DNA of 62,440 nucleotides, filler included, from Basidiobolus ranarum (lineage: Eukaryota), in assembly GCA_040143965.1 (NCBI GenBank). It is 30 parts of 30 records of this genome, joined end to end, with 100 filler letters (N's around TTAATTAATTAA, not from the genome) between each part and the next. Parts side by side here need not be neighbours in the genome. Positions count along the whole stretch, not along the records: positions 35,520 to 37,502 come from JASJQH010010855.1; positions 37,603 to 39,584 come from JASJQH010010856.1; positions 39,685 to 41,666 come from JASJQH010010857.1; positions 41,767 to 43,748 come from JASJQH010010858.1; positions 43,849 to 45,829 come from JASJQH010010859.1; positions 45,930 to 47,909 come from JASJQH010010860.1; 24 more parts are not named here. The stretch is one strand, 5' to 3'. The notes under the pieces were generated by a model. It searched no databases. It was not told the DNA's origin and saw nothing but the letters and a program-made list of their open reading frames with translations. The number at the start of each line of letters is the position of its first letter. The first letter of the stretch is position 1. Shown piece by piece: positions 35,420-48,009 of the stretch. The position numbers were made by a program, and so were the translations under genes.

Positions 35420-37602
35420 NNNNNNNNNNNNNNNNNNNNNNNNNNNNNNNNNNNNNNNNNNNNTTAATTAATTAANNNNNNNNNNNNNNNNNNNNNNNNN
35501 NNNNNNNNNNNNNNNNNNNTACTGGAGTGAGCAGAAGAAGGAATACAGGTGTTTGTAGTAAGGCTCAGCAGCTTAAAGATCTTTGTGAATCGGACAAAAA
35601 TGGAGAAAAGGGAATGCTTAAAGGAGCCGTTTTTGATACACCTGACCGTTAGACTGTAGGGAGTCTAAAGTGGGGAGCCTTAGTGGGTTTTAAATGAAAT
35701 GACAGGATCCGTGGTAATTAAATATAACCCCATTATTTTTTCATACAACTTTACCTATATGCACTTGGTCTCCTACTTGGCAGTAACGGAAAATTACATA
35801 AGGCAAATTATTCCTTGAGACACCCAATCAATTCGCCATCTAGAAGCAGCGCAGTGTTGTGCAGACAACCAATGATTCATGAATATTTCTCCTGAAGTCG
35901 GTTTTTTTTACTTAATTAATGCTAGGATAAAATACTAGTTTGAGTTGCATTTATTTTCAGAAACTATCTATCCAACTTGCAATTATGCTATCGAATCTGT
36001 ATCGCAGTAGTCAATAATAGGAAGTATTCCCGCCGAAAGAATGAAGTCACAAGATCAACTCAATTTGATGGAGTTTTGGTGTCACACTCATCAACCTTAA
36101 ACCCATTGTGAAGAATCAACCGTCACCATTGTCCGACCAAATCTATGGGTTTGTTTAAAGCATAGCCCAATAAAGCAGCACTGTAGGAATCCACTCACTA
36201 TCCTTAAAGAGTGGGTCCAACGAGCTAAGTAACCGAGTTACAGAATTCCAAACGAGGCAAACTTTGCAAACTAGTTTCGGATAATAATATGATTTGGGAA
36301 GTAGTCTTTGCATAGGAACATCCTAATTGAAGCACTATAGACAAGTATAGTAGTTAGCACTGTGATGTTAGTTGATTTCCCCACAACACAGCAGGCAGAG
36401 CAAAACTGAGTAAGTGCGTATATTCCACTGATTTAGTAATCCTAAACGCAGTTGTCTGCCACAAGATCTATGCACTTCCAGATGGCATTAGCAACTTGTT
36501 CTCCATAGTGTCACGAAAATATCAAACTGCGCCTTCCATTCTAATTTTGTTTATTTCCTATAGAGATTTATTTGTTACTTTACGCCATGCTAAGATTCAC
36601 CAATATGGCAGTTGAATTTTGATCTTTCTTGGCCAGGTTGCCTTGGTAACAGCACCGGATGAGTGACAGAAGTTCAATGATGGCGTGCATAATTCGAGAA
36701 AATTTGAATGCCTCCCAATCTTAGTAATGATTGAGGCTCCTTGTGTCAAGCCCATATCTAATTACGCCCAAGTTAGGTGATGACTTTGCTACGGATCAGT
36801 TGGGATGATTATTCAAGTACTACAATAGGAAACAATATGAAAGAGATCCATTTCGTTGGTGGATTGCAAAGCACTCGTCTCCCAACTTTTACTACATCCT
36901 GAACAATCCCATTAATGGATGGTGCAGCTACGTATATTTACCAAGAAATATGTACACAAATGAATTTTCCATATGCTTCATGGCTTTCAGAAGCATATGA
37001 TGATGTATGTATCACACTCCCTCGATCATGTTAATTTTTCCAAGAGACATAAGAGAATGGTCATGTTGATTGGCTGTAGCTTTACAACTCGACTCATCCG
37101 AGAGTTTCCACCGCTACCTCATTATCTGCACAGGATTAGTCCTTGCTATAACAGATACCAATAGCGATAGAACGTCTAGAGGAAACGATCCATACTTGCT
37201 ACTGGTTAGTTCTAACTTGAGCTGAGTCAGGTTCAGATGCCACCTATCTCTGGTTCGTATCGATCTTAACTTCATCCTAGTGCATTCTCAACCTCACCCC
37301 TTCATTCGTCATCAATTAAAATTCCAGGTAAATTGATGTAACACAATTGCCCCTGGTTAGTCATTTTATTAAAGGGCGGGTTTTAGTTTTGTAGATGGGG
37401 CATAAGCGGTGAAGGATCTGGGATTTCTAGTGCTTGCCAAAAATATTGCTAATCAAATGTTGATTGAGTTTAAAGGGTATACTCTATTACTGAAGAACTC
37501 GGNNNNNNNNNNNNNNNNNNNNNNNNNNNNNNNNNNNNNNNNNNNNTTAATTAATTAANNNNNNNNNNNNNNNNNNNNNNNNNNNNNNNNNNNNNNNNNN
37601 NN

Positions 37603-37743
37603 TAACATATTCTACACGTTAGTTTGTTTACATCTTGACAAAACTATAAATGTCAACTTTCTACTCAATAAATCAATAAGTGAAAACCACCAATTCCTCT
37701 AATTCTCCAAACCCCTTCCAACAGGCTCCCAAATACTTTAACA
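37603..37743 (+). repeat. Copia LTR-A 3' part
   Basis: Ends aaatactttaaca. Confidence 0.85.
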
Positions 37744-38593
37744 TCAAGGACTTGAATATATGTACAGTTTTGTAGAAAATGTAAAAGTTAAGCCAGTTAG
37801 TTCCAAAAATTGTTTGTTCCGAGGCTTACTATTACATAAAAGTATGAGCTGGCCTGAAAGGTAAATATTGCTGTGAGTATTTGGGTTAATTAGAGGTGCT
37901 TAGGATAATTACAAGAAATACGTGATTTACACTTGAAAATAAGTATATCTACTTTGGTTAAAAATACAAAGTATTGATAATCATGATATGCTCCTGGGGA
38001 GTTCAAATAGTTGTGGCTAAAGTTTGGGGAGGTTTGAATGAGTTTGAAAAATATCCATCTTTTGAGCATTTCTGTATACAGTCCAGTACCATAAGTGCTA
38101 ATATATGCCACACTAAAAAATTGCATTTACATATATAATGTGCTCATGACAAATTCGGAGCTTAATGTTAATAAAGTAATAAGTTGTAAAAACCACTGCA
38201 CTGGATATCATATGGTCAGAGTAAGTTCTTTGGAGAAAAGTAGGTCATCAAGAACATTGCTGCATTCGTAGATACCTTTAATAATGAAAAATCAATATTC
38301 TGCTGAATATCAGCAATAGTAAATCTGGGTATTCATTCTGTTGCATACTTGGGTTCTAAGCTATCTGCAATCTTAAACAGAAAGCAAACAATATTATGTA
38401 ATCCATCAAAGAGTTAACGAACCACTCAGATTACCTATGACTCCTTAAACTCAGAATGCAAAAATTTACATGAACACTAATTGACATACACAATTCGAAC
38501 ACAATTTCTCCAGATTCAACACATATTTTTATTTGCGGAATGAAAACAATAAAAGTTCTATAATCTATATTCGAAAGTCATCTAACAAAATCT

Positions 38594-39584
38594 TTACCAA
38601 TCACAAATAATGGAGTTGTTGGCCGATTTACAAATGGTACCACTACTACAATTATTGCGAACTAAACGACCGTTCGCACATATGAAGAACGTGGGTGATA
38701 CACCGGATTCTAAACAACTATATTGCCCCTCGACGCATTTGACAGCATTAGTAGGTTCGACAGATTCTTCACTCTGAGTTGCGGTGACAGTGCTTGTGAC
38801 AGTAACATACTTAGTTTCACAAACAGGGTTGCTTACGTGAGTTTCATATACACTGTCAGCAGTTTTACTACCGACCGATTTTTTGATGGTTGCAGCTGCT
38901 GTGTCAGTACTAACAACAGTCACTTCAGGCGCATTAGCGGTTCTTACATTTGTTTCAATTACATTACTAACTCTAGTTTCAACTACTGTACCGGGGGTAT
39001 GTACATCATTGATTTCATGGTACCGAGTTACAGTGTGCTCGACAGTTTCAACTGGCTTGGTGACAGTGGCCTTGTGTCCAGAAAGAGTGACATCAACAGT
39101 GGTCAAAGGTTCCAAAGTAACCTCTGTAGTCTTGCCGTTTACAGTGTGGTCAACAGTTTCAACTGGCTTGGTGACAGTGGCCTTGTGTCCAGAAAGAGTA
39201 ACATCAACAGTGGTCAAAGGCTCCAAAGTAACCTCAGTAGTTTTGCCGTTTACAGTGTGGTCAACAGTTGCAACTGGCTTGGTGACAGTGGCCTTGTGTC
39301 CAGAAAGAGTCACATCAACAGTGATCAAAGGTTCCAAAGTTACCTCAGTAGTTTTGCCGTTTACAGTGTGATCAACAGTTTCAACTGGCTTGGTGACAGT
39401 AGCCTTGTGACCAGAAAGAGTAACATCAACAGTGGTCAAAGGTTCCAAAGTGACCTCGGTAGTCTTGCCGCTTACAGTGTGGTCAACAGTTTCAACTGGC
39501 TTGGTGACAGTGGCCTTGTGTCCAGAAAGAGTCACATCAACAGTGGTCAAAGGTTCCAAAGTTACCTCAGTAGTTTTGCCGCTT
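38594..39584 (-). CDS. Thr/Val-rich 37-aa tandem-repeat protein with a C-terminal Cys-rich CBM19-like chitin-binding domain, 5'-truncated
   Basis: A 111-bp period with at least 5 units and mostly synonymous variation. C-terminus is CVEGQYSC...FFICANG...CSSGTIC...IICDW*. Confidence 0.85.
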
Positions 39585-41180
39585 NNNNNNNNNNNNNNNN
39601 NNNNNNNNNNNNNNNNNNNNNNNNNNNNTTAATTAATTAANNNNNNNNNNNNNNNNNNNNNNNNNNNNNNNNNNNNNNNNNNNNTCTCTTTAAATTTCTT
39701 TTCGATTGACAGAATAGACCCGTTAAATACACGAAAATCCATAGCACCAGGGCATATGTTACATAAATAGGGTCAAGGTCAGCTGAGAGATGGAGTTCTA
39801 CTTGGTTTCCATTTATGAGGAAGCACTATTGAGTCACGCGCCAATGTTTCTAACGATTAGGTAAACTAGTTTTGGAACGGTAGGTCGATATCTGGTAGAT
39901 CAATATCTGATAGATATCTAGGTATGATCTGGTTCGCTATCTCGTGAGACAGTCACAGGCGATTTATTCTCATCTTTCTGTCAATTGAATAGAAAATCAC
40001 TTCTTATGCAACCGAAGATTTAACCGAGGTATTTCTCAGTGGACGTGGGGGGATTCATGGTAGAACGGAATCTACGTGTCACCAAATACTACTTGAGTAA
40101 TATGTTACTTGAACATTCCGAGTACAGATTCACTATGCTACCTTCACACTGATTCAGCCAAGTAGTCCACGAGTATTGAGCCGATTCACATTGGACGAGC
40201 GTTCACCTTGGACAAGTATTCACATGCCACTCGATTGTAGTGGCTGATTAGTGGCAAAATGGGATTTGTTTGTGTACTGGATCATCTATTCAGGAATCAA
40301 GGGATCTGGGGAAATATTCCTGTTGTATGTTCACACTTCATTAAGAGACATTTCGCCATACTTTCAGATACTTCACTTCTCTTTATTTCAGACACTTCGC
40401 TTTAAACCTGAATAGTAGTTGTATGCTTGAGTAGAGAGTGTGTTGATTTATTGATAGCGCGACATGGGAATGTTAGATGAAACTAGATCAATAATATCTA
40501 ACGTTGCTTGTGACTTAATCTCACATTACTCAACCATCAATAAAACGTGTCAGTATTTATCTCGCACTATTTGTGTCAGCCATGTTACTGACATTAATAT
40601 TGATTGTATTAAACGAGTAATTGTCAATACTGTACTACAATAGATTCTAGGCCCATCTATAATAGCATAAAGAGAGCACATGTGAACCAGATATTGGAAT
40701 ACATAGTAATAGGATCTATAACGAAACAATTTGTTCTAAGCACCAAGTAGTTTGTGTATAATTTATAACGCTAAGAAATGACCAAACACGTAGGGATCAG
40801 TGTGAGTAAGGAATGAATTTGAGCCAAAAAGGCTTAGACTAAGAGGGCTAATTCACATAGAGTTTAAACCTTATTTCAAAGGACTGACTCATCAGTATTT
40901 ATTATTGAACCCTATATGATACTCCCAGGGTTAGGTAAATATAGTACTGATGGATGACCACTGTATTCAAAATCCTAACCCAATATGGACGAGAAAGACG
41001 AGATCACCAAGTAGATGAGGTAGTACACCTATGTTTCTCATGGTCGGGTGAGGCTTATGGTCGAGCGAGGCTTGACCTACTACCCATGGTATGTGTGCAA
41101 AGAAGCTTAGAGAGCTATAAATAAGGTGTTGGCTGCTCATTCAATTCTCAATTTACATCCGTTTGACATTGAAGTTGCAA

Positions 41181-41666
41181 ATGTCCCAAATCTTCCGTCC
41201 AGAAAGTGAGAAAAATACTCACCCAATCACTGTAGCAACCAAGGATGGTTCTGTGAACCATGTTACTTCATCAAATCGTGTTATTGCATTCATTCAATGG
41301 CATTACGGCACTACCAATAATAACAGAACTCCCGAACAGATCGAGAAAGAACGTTATCTTTACGGGGATGTCGTCTTCAATCGTTGGTTACTGATGCCAG
41401 CCGCAGTGTTAATTCAGTTCTGCTGTGGTTCACTATATGCATGGAGTGTATTTAACAGTATGATTGATTTGCATGTAAGTGGTGATAAAAACGCCGGTTT
41501 AGCACCAAACACCTTCTCTATCGCAGTAGGGATGTTTGGTCTATCTTCTGCCACCATGGGTCCCTGGCTCGAAAGAAACGGTCCCAGAAAGGGAGCACTC
41601 CTCTCGGCGAGTCTTTTCTACTTAGGAAACTTAATCGCATCCATGGCTATTCATTTCAAGCAAATG
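41181..41666 (+). CDS. MFS transporter, oxalate/formate antiporter (OFA)-like, 3'-truncated
   Basis: RWLLMPAAVLIQFCCGSLYAWSVFN...GPWLERNGPRK. TATAAATA at 41117. Confidence 0.88.
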
Positions 41667-41766
41667 NNNNNNNNNNNNNNNNNNNNNNNNNNNNNNNNNN
41701 NNNNNNNNNNTTAATTAATTAANNNNNNNNNNNNNNNNNNNNNNNNNNNNNNNNNNNNNNNNNNNN

Positions 41767-41976
41767 ATTCCAGCAGAAGGAAAGGCCAGAAGAGCCGAAG
41801 GTAATGCTGAATACAAAAAAGCTCAAGCTGAAGGATATGCTCAAGGCTTTGGAGAGAAGCTTAGGGGAAATATCTAGAACACTGTTGGAAGTGCTGTCGG
41901 AAACGAACAAATGGAAGCTGAAGGCAAAGCGGGCCGTGTTAACGGTGTCGCTCATATGGAAGCCAATTCAAATTAA
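41767..41976 (+). pseudogene. CsbD/HMP1-like stress protein paralog with an internal TAG
   Basis: Colinear with 42412-42702. TAG at 41875-41877 replaces Lys. Confidence 0.75.
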
Positions 41977-42411
41977 TTAGAGAGCCAGTCATTAATTGTA
42001 AACAAAATGAACACGTAGTAATGTACTCAAATAGCCTACAGCTTAATATACAGTAAATATTTTTCTTAACGGTGCCACAGGTTGAATTGATGGTAACTTC
42101 GAATTTGTTCATAACAGATAATCATAATTTAATATTTGCAATAATGTTTAAACTTTGACAGATTAATCGTAAATAAAGTAACTGTAACATGGAAAATTGA
42201 AACTACGTATATATTTCAAGAAAAGAGCATGGCATTCCAAAAATACCTCCAGAATTGTAAGTGTAACTTAAGAAATTTGCTTAGAGCTACCGTCTCTTTT
42301 CATTAAATTACTAGCTAAAAACTTATTGATACTTTATACCGCTGGTATTACTGCGTAGTGATATAGCAGATGTGATTTATTTATTTTCAAGGTAGAAACA
42401 ATTTGAGATCA

Positions 42412-42702
42412 TTAATTAGAATTGGCTTCCATACGAGCTTCCCCTTTGGCTCGACCTACTTTGCCTTCGGTTTCCATTTGTTCGTTTCCTACGGCGCAGC
42501 CAACTGTGTTCTTAACCTTTCCCTTAAACTTTTCTGCAGCGCCTTGAGCATAGCCTTCAGTTTGGGCTTTCTTGCATTCCGCATTACCTTCAGCTTTTCT
42601 GACTTTTCCTTCTGCTTGAATTTGATCGTTACAGATAGCACTACCGACATTTTCTTTAACGGCTCCGGATGTTGACTTGACGTTAGCGTTGAATTTATCC
42701 AT
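42412..42702 (-). CDS. CsbD-like (HMP1 / cruciform-DNA-binding-like) small stress protein
   Basis: Two G..KE.VG...GNEQM..EG repeats in an intact 96-aa ORF, with a TATA box upstream. Confidence 0.85.
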   Translation of the reverse strand: MDKFNANVKSTSGAVKENVGSAICNDQIQAEGKVRKAEGNAECKKAQTEGYAQGAAEKFKGKVKNTVGCAVGNEQMETEGKVGRAKGEARMEANSN

Positions 42703-42894
42703 TTTGAGTGACGGTAGATTTTGAAGTGTGATGTAACTTATTAAGATGAGAACGTTGATATGTTTGCAAAACCCTTAGACCCATCTGTATTTATATAGAC
42801 ATTCAATCCAAATAATTTTTGGATTATCCATGGCTTGGCGATTAAAATAATTTAAATTATTTTGCGGATAATATTCAGAAGCCAGTATTGTATT

Positions 42895-43042
42895 ATGGAC
42901 AAATTCAACGCTAATGCCAAGTCAACCTCTGGAGCCATTGAAGAACATGTCGGCAGTGCTATTGGAAATGAATAGATGAAAGCCGAAGGAAAGGCCAGAA
43001 TAGCCGGGAGCTGTGCCAAATCTATGGAAGCCGACACACTAG
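42895..43042 (+). pseudogene. Third CsbD-like copy, with a stop and an internal deletion
   Basis: MDKFNANAKSTSGAIEEHVGSAIGNE*MKAEGKAR...MEAD. Confidence 0.75.
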
Positions 43043-43269
43043 ATATTTAGGTACACAAACTGTCATGTTTTGATATTTTTGGTTTTAAGGCTGTTAACAA
43101 AACATACCTCGTATACCTAATAAAGCCAACTCTCTAACCTCACCATTAACATCTTATCTTAAAAAATAAATGTGTTGTATTTTTTTTAACAAAATTAATA
43201 CCACTCTTTTAAAAGCACATTGCAAGATAACAAGTGTCATATCCGATTGGAAAATCCATTCATATTATC

Positions 43270-43748
43270 TATATGGAGCGGATATTTTGGAGTAGTTCTT
43301 GACAAACCGTTGGTAAAAGTTTGCAAATCCAAGGAAAGATTGGACATCCTTCACATTCTTGGGAATATCCCAAGACAGAACAGATTCAACCTTCTTAGGG
43401 TCCATGGAGATGCCTGATGGGCTGATGTTATATCCAAGGAATTCAACTTGAGCTTGATCAAATTCACATTTCTCAAGTTTAGCATAGAGCCCAGTGGTTT
43501 TCAACTTTTCTAGGACTTGGGAAACATGAATATTATGTTCTTCTTGTGAGCTTGAGAAGATTAAGATATTGTCAAGGTAGATTACCACAAATTGGTCAAG
43601 ATACTCTCTGAAGATATCATTCATCATGTGTTGAAAGACTGCAGGGGCATTAGTAAGTCCAAATGGCATGACATTGTATTCAAAGTGTCCATAGCAAGTT
43701 TGAAAGGCAGTTTTCCATTGGTCTCCAGGTTTGATTCTTACAAGATTG
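43270..43748 (-). mobile_element. Ty3/Gypsy (Tf2/chromovirus-like) reverse transcriptase fragment
   Basis: KTAF...[14 protein letters not shown]...VIYLDNILI (YLDD mutated to YLDN)...[11 protein letters not shown]. Confidence 0.92.
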
Positions 43749-43848
43749 NNNNNNNNNNNNNNNNNNNNNNNNNNNNNNNNNNNNNNNNNNNNTTAATTAA
43801 TTAANNNNNNNNNNNNNNNNNNNNNNNNNNNNNNNNNNNNNNNNNNNN

Positions 43849-43974
43849 GGTGTATTCAATCTTGACGAGAACATCATCAGGTCCAGGAGTAGGAACAGAG
43901 ATAGTCTTGATCTCAACGGGTTTCTCGTGAGATTCGATGACGGCAGCCTTTTGAGTCTTAGGAATTTGACACAT
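43849..43974 (-). CDS. Zinc-type alcohol dehydrogenase, N-terminal fragment
   Basis: MCQIPKTQKAAVI...VPTPGPDDVLVKIEYT. TATA at about 44017-44024. Confidence 0.85.
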
Positions 43975-45549
43975 TTTAAAGATAATATAGTGATGTTCAG
44001 TCATGCACCTGCTCTCTATATATAATGATGCACTTTTTCAAGTTTCAGCATTTAGAGTCAGCGCTAAAAGATTCTTCCTGTATAGTAGCAAATCATGTAT
44101 CTACTCAGGGACTCGAAGGATCTAGGGCGCATCGATTTCTACACATTTAGCGTATTCCATACGTCCCCTAGACGGGAAATACATTTTAAATATTCAACTA
44201 CTCCTTAGGGGCTACTGGTAACACTTTAATTAGTAGCATTTCAATATCTGATCGTTGTATACTACTTTTGACCAATCAATTAATTATGCATCATATTAAA
44301 CATTTATCCACTCAATCTCCAGCTCTGTATTGATCGGATAATGATTAATTGAGGTTGACGGTTCTGTTAAGAAGCAGATAAAACTCAAATAATGCAAAGG
44401 TTGTTTTAGGTGGAGGGGTCCGTATTAATATCCTAAAATAAACTAAATGAGGCGGATTTAGATGTCATCGAGTCCATTATAGCCTGCTGGTACCTTCTAG
44501 CATAAGAAAGGCACATGGTCTAAAACCCGATTAGTGACGATTGACACCGATGAGGATTTATGATTAGAGTAGTATGCGTACTAAGAGGACTCCAATCCAA
44601 GTTTTATCCAAAGACCTTTGATGGAAATTAGGGAATTCATGCTCATGTTTTATCACTTGTCTGTATAACCCAGCATGAACAGCGTCATTGATGGATCCCA
44701 CCAATTAGTATGGCTGTACTCAATCGGACGACTTTATTCTGCAACATGTGAATCTAGATTCTGTCACAGTCCGAAGTTGGAAAATCTGTGCGCGAGCGCG
44801 TAATACTCCAATGTCCAGGTCGATTACATTACTGATAAGTGGTAAATATAATACCAAAGATGCTTATCAGAAATTTGGAATCCAATGAAACAGGTTTGGA
44901 AACTATACTATAATTTTAATGATTGAGCCTATAATTATTTTAGCTGGGTTAATTATCATCAAGACGAACGCCGAGTTTATGATTAACACTTACGTAAAGG
45001 GAGGTATTAATCTTCATTGATGATTTCACTAGTCAGGTTTACCTAATAGTGACAATAAACTCAACCTTAGAGTTCACTTCGAACATGAAAACAACCATTT
45101 TATATTTCGGGCATCAAGAGGACACAATGTTTATGGTTTCTTAGCTTTTATCGTCTCAATGAAAAGGAAAAACTTTCAGTCCTACTACGAGTGAGGAATA
45201 TAATGATTTTTTTCTTAGTGTCATAACATGCTAACTTATCATCAAACACTTTATACCAAGATATTTATGAACATTACATTTAAAATCCAAAATACGATAT
45301 ATTTGGGATTTTGAAGTACGAACCTATCATCTACCGAAAATATTTTAGGTTTCAGAGATTTTGGGTATCTACCAGATACTCTCACCCTTCATATATTTAC
45401 GATGAGCATCTATACTTTGATCTTCAGCATAAGCTACTTAATACATCGATACGTCAATATTCTTCCAATCATAGACACAAAAAGTCGATACGAGTGAATT
45501 AATTTATTCATCTAAGAACATATATATATATTACAAAGTAATTTCCAAA

Positions 45550-45829
45550 CTAATGGTTGTGCATATCAAGAACAATACGTCCAGCAATCTTACCGGCGTG
45601 CATATCTTCATATACTTGAGGAATGGTTTCCATATCTTGAACCTTGTAGTGACACTTGACCTTACCGCGAGCAGCAAAGTCGAGAGCCTCAGCAAGATCT
45701 TGACGGTTACCAACAATAGAACCACGGATGGTCAAACGTTGGAGAACAAGATCGAAGACAGGGAAAGTTCCCTTAGCACCAGCAGGAAGGGCAATGCAAG
45801 CAACAGTACCCCAACGACGAGTGTAGTCA
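45550..45829 (-). CDS. Zinc-type alcohol dehydrogenase, C-terminal fragment (upstream paralog)
   Basis: TIRGSIVGNRQDLAEALDFAARGKVK...GKIAGRIVLDM. Confidence 0.92.
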
Positions 45830-45929
45830 NNNNNNNNNNNNNNNNNNNNNNNNNNNNNNNNNNNNNNNNNNNNTTAATTAATTAANNNNNNNNNNNNNNN
45901 NNNNNNNNNNNNNNNNNNNNNNNNNNNNN

Positions 45930-46581
45930 TATTATCATTTTAGCCATGGGGTAATCTATTCAAGCAATGACACATCTACTTGTGGCAGGACATTTGTTGA
46001 CTGCAAGTTGGGGATATATTGGCTGAATTCTTTATGGAAATTTGCCAAAATCCAAGAGCTTATTCTCATTGTGAACGGTAACCAGAGTCAGCTATTTGCC
46101 AAGTGTCAGTGCTATTCAAAATTTCAGATGTTTAGAAATTTTTCCACCATTAGTTTGCTGATAAAACATATTGATGTTGTTGAGTTATGTCTATTCAGTC
46201 AAGTATGTGCATATGTAGAGACTAAACACAACAAGATTCTTGTAGTTTTTGATTCTCATTATGGCTGGAATACAAAGCCTAAAATATCTAATTTAAGGCA
46301 TGCATATTGGTATAAATTCTCACAGCAGTGAACCCAGTAATTTGCTAATTGAAAATCAAATTTTTGCAAAAATTGCTAGATATTGAATAATACATGCCAA
46401 ATTTGAGGACCAATATTTCAACATGTATGAATACCATTAAGATACTGTCAAGAAACCACCTTCACACCATCAAAATCCCAGGAAGAATGCAAGCCAACAA
46501 TATTGTGATGGTTCTTGAACAGTTTTGCTATTTTGGAGGGTGGATCCAATCCAGATCAAATTGACTTTATTTTTGTTTGGG
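45930..46581 (+). mobile_element. Element C right end inserted in an LTR-B (46582-47096)
   Basis: Terminus ttttgtttggg is followed by gaactggacaaggac of LTR-B. Confidence 0.8.
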
Positions 46582-47096
46582 GAACTGGACAAGGACTGAG
46601 AACAACAACAATAGGCTAGAAGGCAGGAGAGTACTTAGGTATAGACCACAAGACAAAACAAGACAAGACTGGACAAGGAAGATACTTTGACACAAATCTT
46701 TATTGATTGCTGGCATTGATCCAACTGAGGTCTGATCAAGGAATATATGAGGTTTATACAGATATTGCAAGGTGAAACATAATATACTGAATAGGGAACA
46801 TACAGTGGCAAGTTTAAGTGTTGAGGACTACAAGGACCAATACAAAGAGGGATGATGCAAGAATGATCAGGTGACCTTCCATGGAACGTCTTGGTGGAAG
46901 TACACTATGTGTGGGCTGACATGATTGGTTAGGTTTTATGGAATGTTACAAAGAACATAACCTCCATATAAGGCAATCTGGATGAACTAACACAAGAATG
47001 CCAAGTAGGGATGGCACAGCAGATATGATGTCATAATCTAATAATAGAAGAGTTCTGTTGGCAGTGGATCAGTATGCCAAGATCAGAATCATGACG

Positions 47097-47722
47097 GTAT
47101 ATCTGAGGAATAAAGGTGTTACTATAAATCTGTCTAACTCTACACTCTATCAAGCTTGGTTTGGAGTTAAACCTGATGTAAAACATTTGAGGATCTTTGG
47201 ATGCACTGTTTATGTTAAAACTATTGCCAAAAATTAGCTTAAAATTGATCTAAAAAGTAAGAAAAGCATATATGTGGGTTATTGTACTCAAACCTAGGCC
47301 TACAGATGCTATGATACCAAAATTTCTAAGTTAATCAAGTCCAGGGATATTTTATTTAATAAAAATAAAAAATTTTCACCCTAAAATTATGATAACATAA
47401 AGTCCCCAAATGGGGCCTATACCTGGATAGACCAAATACATGACCCCAGACTGTAAAAGAGGCCCTGAATGGCTATCACAAATAATTTTGGAGATCTGCA
47501 ATGGCTGATGAGTACCAGGCTCTGATTGGTAATCAAATTTGGATTTTAACAAACTTAGTTGATGATAGAAATTCAAAGGGCTGCCAATAGTTGTTTAAGG
47601 TTATATACAATTCTAATGGCAATGTATAAAGGTCCAAGGCTAGACTAGTAGCCAAAGGCTATTTCCAAGTACCAGGAATAGATTATACAGAAACTTTTGC
47701 TCCTGCAGGAAAGTTTCATTCA
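47097..47722 (+). mobile_element. Degenerate Copia integrase-RT fragment
   Basis: KPDVKHLRIFGC and KARLVAKGYFQVPGIDYTETFAP. Confidence 0.85.
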
Positions 47723-47759
47723 ATGAAAATCAAAAAATACAAGAATCTTGTTGTGTTTA

Positions 47760-47909
47760 CCCTAACAGAAATTTGAGGATTGTTATCGTAGGAAAACTGT
47801 CACAATTTTAATCCATTTGGGGTTGACCGTTTACTTACCATCATAAAAACGTCAAGTTAGATTTGATTTTAATCAATTTTTTCAGTTTCAGGAGTGAAAT
47901 TTCAAGATC
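47760..47909 (+). mobile_element. Element C left terminus, relatively young (CpGs partly retained)
   Basis: CCCTAACAGAAATTTGAGGATTGTTATCGTAGG. Confidence 0.85.
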
Positions 47910-48009
47910 NNNNNNNNNNNNNNNNNNNNNNNNNNNNNNNNNNNNNNNNNNNNTTAATTAATTAANNNNNNNNNNNNNNNNNNNNNNNNNNNNNNNNNNN
48001 NNNNNNNNN

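Noticed and set aside
35520..37502. 2-kb CpG-normal contig as a possible ncRNA or cryptic gene
   Set aside because: I found no convincing ORF, tRNA/rRNA motif or repeat by eye. An Infernal/Rfam scan would be needed.
38723..39640. Long plus-strand ORFs opposite the Thr/Val repeat gene (similarly 16041-16449, 16744-17082, 25407-26122, 54282-54677)
   Set aside because: They are antisense or alternate-frame shadows of real or repetitive coding sequence.
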